From positions 886-64,885 of the forward strand of contig CACWZI010000014.1 of the NCBI GenBank assembly GCA_902765305.1: a DNA stretch of 64,000 nt, in the 5' to 3' direction. A program made the translations under genes and the position numbers. The notes under the pieces are model-generated. The model saw only the letters and a list, made by a program, of their open reading frames with translations. It was not told the origin of the DNA and made no database searches. This document shows, piece by piece, positions 61,556-64,000 of the stretch; positions within the stretch are counted from its first letter, which is position 1; the number at the start of each line of letters is the position of its first letter. Origin of the DNA: an uncultured Eubacteriales bacterium. GTDB lineage: Bacteria; Bacillota; Clostridia; Christensenellales; Aristaeellaceae.

Positions 61556-62293
61556 TTAGGCTTTCACACCCCTATAGCTTATTTGAATCTTCTCATAGCT
61601 TTCAAGATTGCCGATATCATAGCGGCTTCCGGGCATGGGCCAGGCCTTCATCGGCGTCTGCGTGGACAGCCACGCAGCGAAACTCCCCGGCGCGTCATAG
61701 CCGCAGCCCGCCGCCAGGGCTTCCGGGATCCGCTGTAGGTCCTGCGCCTTATAGAAATAAAAGGGGGGCACCGCGAGGTTGCTCTTGGGCGCCTTGGGCT
61801 TCTCCTCGTAGGCGGTGATCCTGTTTTCCCCGTCCACCGAAATGATGGCCGTGCGCTGCTGCTTCGCCAGATCGTTCTCCTCGTAGCACATGATGCAGGA
61901 GCAATTGTTCTCAATGCCGAAGCGGATAAACGGCACCAGGCTGAAGTCCAGCACATTATCGCCGGCGATGACCAGCGCGTCGTTGCGCAGGCCCTGGGCT
62001 TCAGCGGCGAACTGGATGTCCTTCACTGCGCCCAACCGGGTTTCGTTGGTGGACGTGCCGTCGTCCACGACGGTGATGGGCTTGTCGCTCCCTTCCGCCC
62101 ATTCCAGAAAATGTCCGGCGAACTTATGGTTGCTGACGACCACATACTCGTCCACCAGTCCGGAGGTGTGGATGTCGTCGATGAGCCAGTCCAGTATGGC
62201 CTTCTGGCCCACCTTCAAAAGCGGCTTTGGAAAATTCTCCGTCAGAGGATACAGGCGGGTCGCATAGCCCGCAGCGAGTATGACCGTCTTCAT
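61556..62293 (-). CDS. Sugar-1-phosphate nucleotidyltransferase (NTP_transferase family)
   Basis: MKTVILAAGYATRLYPLTENFPKPLLKVGQKAILDWLIDD is the G-x-G-T-R-L / KPL signature. The ATG at 62293 overlaps the kinase stop (ATGA). The 410-aa track ORF is an upstream extension in a Gly/Arg-rich junk frame. Confidence 0.8.
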   Translation of the reverse strand: MKTVILAAGYATRLYPLTENFPKPLLKVGQKAILDWLIDDIHTSGLVDEYVVVSNHKFAGHFLEWAEGSDKPITVVDDGTSTNETRLGAVKDIQFAAEAQGLRNDALVIAGDNVLDFSLVPFIRFGIENNCSCIMCYEENDLAKQQRTAIISVDGENRITAYEEKPKAPKSNLAVPPFYFYKAQDLQRIPEALAAGCGYDAPGSFAAWLSTQTPMKAWPMPGSRYDIGNLESYEKIQISYRGVKA

Positions 62294-63462
62294 AGCTGCA
62301 CCCCGTCCGCGCTGTCGCAGAGATGGAAGCTGTACTTTCCCTCCAGGTGGGGGTACGCCCTCAGGTACTTTTCCGTCACGGTTTGCTGGACATCCTCTGC
62401 CTTGTCCGGGTCGATCAGCGCCATGCAGCAGCCCTTGAAGCCCGCCCCGGAGAAGCGCCCGCCGTAGATGCCGTCGGTGGCGGTCATGATGTCGTACATC
62501 GTGATCAGCTCCGGGCAACCGCACTCGTAGTTCTCCACGCTGCTCCTGCCGCTTTCGAAGACCAGCTGGCCATAGGCGTCCAGGTCGCCCCTGCGCCAGG
62601 CCTCCGCGCCGGCCTCGGCCCGGGCGATCTCGGTGAAATAGTGGGTCGCCCGCTTGAGGAAGCTGCCCGGCAGGCGATCCTTGTAGGCCTCGAACACCTC
62701 CACCGGCACGTCCCTCAGCCGGGTATCCCCAAACTTGCCGTATTCCATGCCAGCCCAGGCGAGCAGGCTGTAGGCCGCGGCCTTGCACTCGTCCTGGCGA
62801 AGGTTGTAGGCGCTGGTGGCAAGCGAGCGCTCCAAGCCGCTGAACAGCACCGCGATCCTGAAGGGCTTCATGGCGGGATTCATCGGGATCAGCTCATAGC
62901 TGTCGTCCCGGCAATCCATGTACAGCAACTGATCCTTACGGCACAGCACCTCGCAGCTCTGGTCCAGCTTGCCGCAGTTGACGCCCACATAGCGGTTCTC
63001 GGCGGCCTTGGCCATCATGATGGTCTCCCACTCCCCGAGGGCGATGCCGTTGACCTGCGCCAGCGCGGTCAGGAAGGCGATGATGACCGCCGCCGAGGAA
63101 CTCAGGCCGCCTACCGGCAGCGTGCCCTCGATCACCGCGGACAGGCCTGTGCGCAGCGGATACTTCTCCCCCAGCATTTTCGCCGCCCCGCGCATATGAT
63201 CCGCCCAGTCTCCAACCTTCTGCTCGGGAATGCCGTTGACGTGGAACTGCGCCCGCTTGGGAAAGTTCAGGCTCTTCAGCTCCACCACGCCGTTGCGCTT
63301 GGGCGAAAAGGCGATGTGGATGCCCTTGTCCAGGGCCAGCCCGTTGATCTTGCCGTACTGGTGATCGATGTGCGCCCCCAGCGGGGAAATGCGATAGGGG
63401 CAAAAGGCGACGCCATCCGGATCTCGGTTGTAAATCTCACGGAAAACTTCTTCACAGCGCAT
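62290..63462 (-). CDS. GHMP-family sugar 1-kinase (galactokinase-like)
   Basis: N-terminal PYRISPLGAHIDHQYG (GalK-like signature) and the GHMP ATP motif LPVGGLSSSAAVIIAF. It is translationally coupled to the nucleotidyltransferase. Confidence 0.75.
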   Translation of the reverse strand: MRCEEVFREIYNRDPDGVAFCPYRISPLGAHIDHQYGKINGLALDKGIHIAFSPKRNGVVELKSLNFPKRAQFHVNGIPEQKVGDWADHMRGAAKMLGEKYPLRTGLSAVIEGTLPVGGLSSSAAVIIAFLTALAQVNGIALGEWETIMMAKAAENRYVGVNCGKLDQSCEVLCRKDQLLYMDCRDDSYELIPMNPAMKPFRIAVLFSGLERSLATSAYNLRQDECKAAAYSLLAWAGMEYGKFGDTRLRDVPVEVFEAYKDRLPGSFLKRATHYFTEIARAEAGAEAWRRGDLDAYGQLVFESGRSSVENYECGCPELITMYDIMTATDGIYGGRFSGAGFKGCCMALIDPDKAEDVQQTVTEKYLRAYPHLEGKYSFHLCDSADGVQL

Positions 63463-63465
63463 GCA

Positions 63466-64000
63466 TTAATCCCTCCTGAACAGGTCGCGGGTATAGACCT
63501 TCTCCTTCACGTCGTCCAACGCCGCATCGTAGCGGTTGGCGACGATGCAGCCGCACATCCGCTTGAACTTCTCAATGTCGTTGACCACCAGGGAGCCAAA
63601 GAAGGTGCTGCCGTCCTCCAGGGTCGGCTCGTAGATCACCACGATAGCGCCCTTGGCCTTGATCCGCTTCATGACGCCCTGTATGGAGGACTGGCGGAAG
63701 TTGTCGGAATTCGACTTCATGGTCAGCCGGTACATCCCGACCACCAGCGCCTTCTGGTGGTTCTCCCTCTCCGCCGACCAGGGTTCGCTGTTGCCGTAGG
63801 CCCCGGCGATCTCCAGCACCCGGTCGGCGATGAAGTCCTTGCGGGTTCGGTTGGATTCGACGATGGCCTGGATCAGGTTCTCCGGCACATCCCGGTAATT
63901 GGCCAGCAGCTGCTTCGTGTCCTTCGGCAGGCAATAGCCGCCGTAGCCGAAGGAGGGGTTGTTGTAATAGTCCCCCACCCGGGGATCGAGACACACGCCC
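63466..64000 (-). CDS. ugd: UDP-glucose 6-dehydrogenase; the C-terminal part is in the window and the N-terminus lies beyond the right edge
   Basis: [15 protein letters not shown] catalytic-Cys motif and [21 protein letters not shown] in the UDP-binding domain. Confidence 0.8.
   Translation of the reverse strand, partial: GVCLDPRVGDYYNNPSFGYGGYCLPKDTKQLLANYRDVPENLIQAIVESNRTRKDFIADRVLEIAGAYGNSEPWSAERENHQKALVVGMYRLTMKSNSDNFRQSSIQGVMKRIKAKGAIVVIYEPTLEDGSTFFGSLVVNDIEKFKRMCGCIVANRYDAALDDVKEKVYTRDLFRRD

Noticed and set aside
61556-62788. 410-aa version of the nucleotidyltransferase ORF
   Set aside because: The first 165 aa or so are Gly/Arg/Pro-rich junk overlapping the 3' end of the GHMP kinase gene. 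The family-typical N-terminus MKTVILAAGYATRL begins at the ATG at 62293, which overlaps the kinase stop.

Overview
This is a 64-kb window of high-GC DNA. Hand counts of single 60-nt lines give about 60-65% G+C in most genes. The source is probably a spore-forming Firmicute of the Clostridia: a dipicolinate synthase gene is present and GGAGG-type ribosome binding sites are typical. The taxon is an inference only. Almost all genes are on the minus strand.

The left 30 kb is housekeeping and accessory. It holds dpaA (partial), a 2,504-aa cyclic beta-1,2-glucan synthase-like GT84/GH94 protein, rsmD, alr, a U32 peptidase, membrane proteins, a secreted M4 metalloprotease, a REC-GGDEF(degenerate)-EAL-PAS signalling protein, and a COG2984/COG4120/COG1101-type ABC importer. 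A well-formed T-box leader with a UGG (Trp) specifier precedes that importer.

From about 28.7 to 29.6 kb there are decayed remnants: an internally deleted PD-(D/E)XK Rpn-type transposase-like gene and a 42-aa SH3-repeat fragment.

The most notable feature spans about 30.5-59.9 kb and appears to be one minus-strand operon.
- It starts with a giant ORF of about 24.7 kb (about 8,242 aa). The protein has an N-terminal signal-anchor, an acidic tandem-repeat spacer, MBG and Cna-B/SpaA-like domains, and six reiterated Pmp-type (GGAIY) beta-helix modules.
- No LPXTG or other C-terminal anchor is visible.
- Four genes with prepilin-type or PilX-type N-termini follow immediately. The last is an 855-aa modular pilin carrying GLUG repeats.
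- No pilus assembly ATPase, platform protein or prepilin peptidase lies in the window.
- I propose this as a candidate pilus-tip or pseudopilus-presented mega-adhesin system, by analogy to minor pilins plus PilY1. This is unproven.

The right end (60-64 kb) begins a sugar-nucleotide/polysaccharide locus: a NeuD-like acetyltransferase, a protein matching only the N-terminal half of CapD/PglF, a nucleotidyltransferase, a GHMP sugar kinase, and ugd (partial).

All calls come from reading the sequence and translations by eye. No database search or HMM was run, and domain boundaries are approximate. Many long ORFs in the supplied track are antisense artefacts of the high GC content and are listed as rejected.
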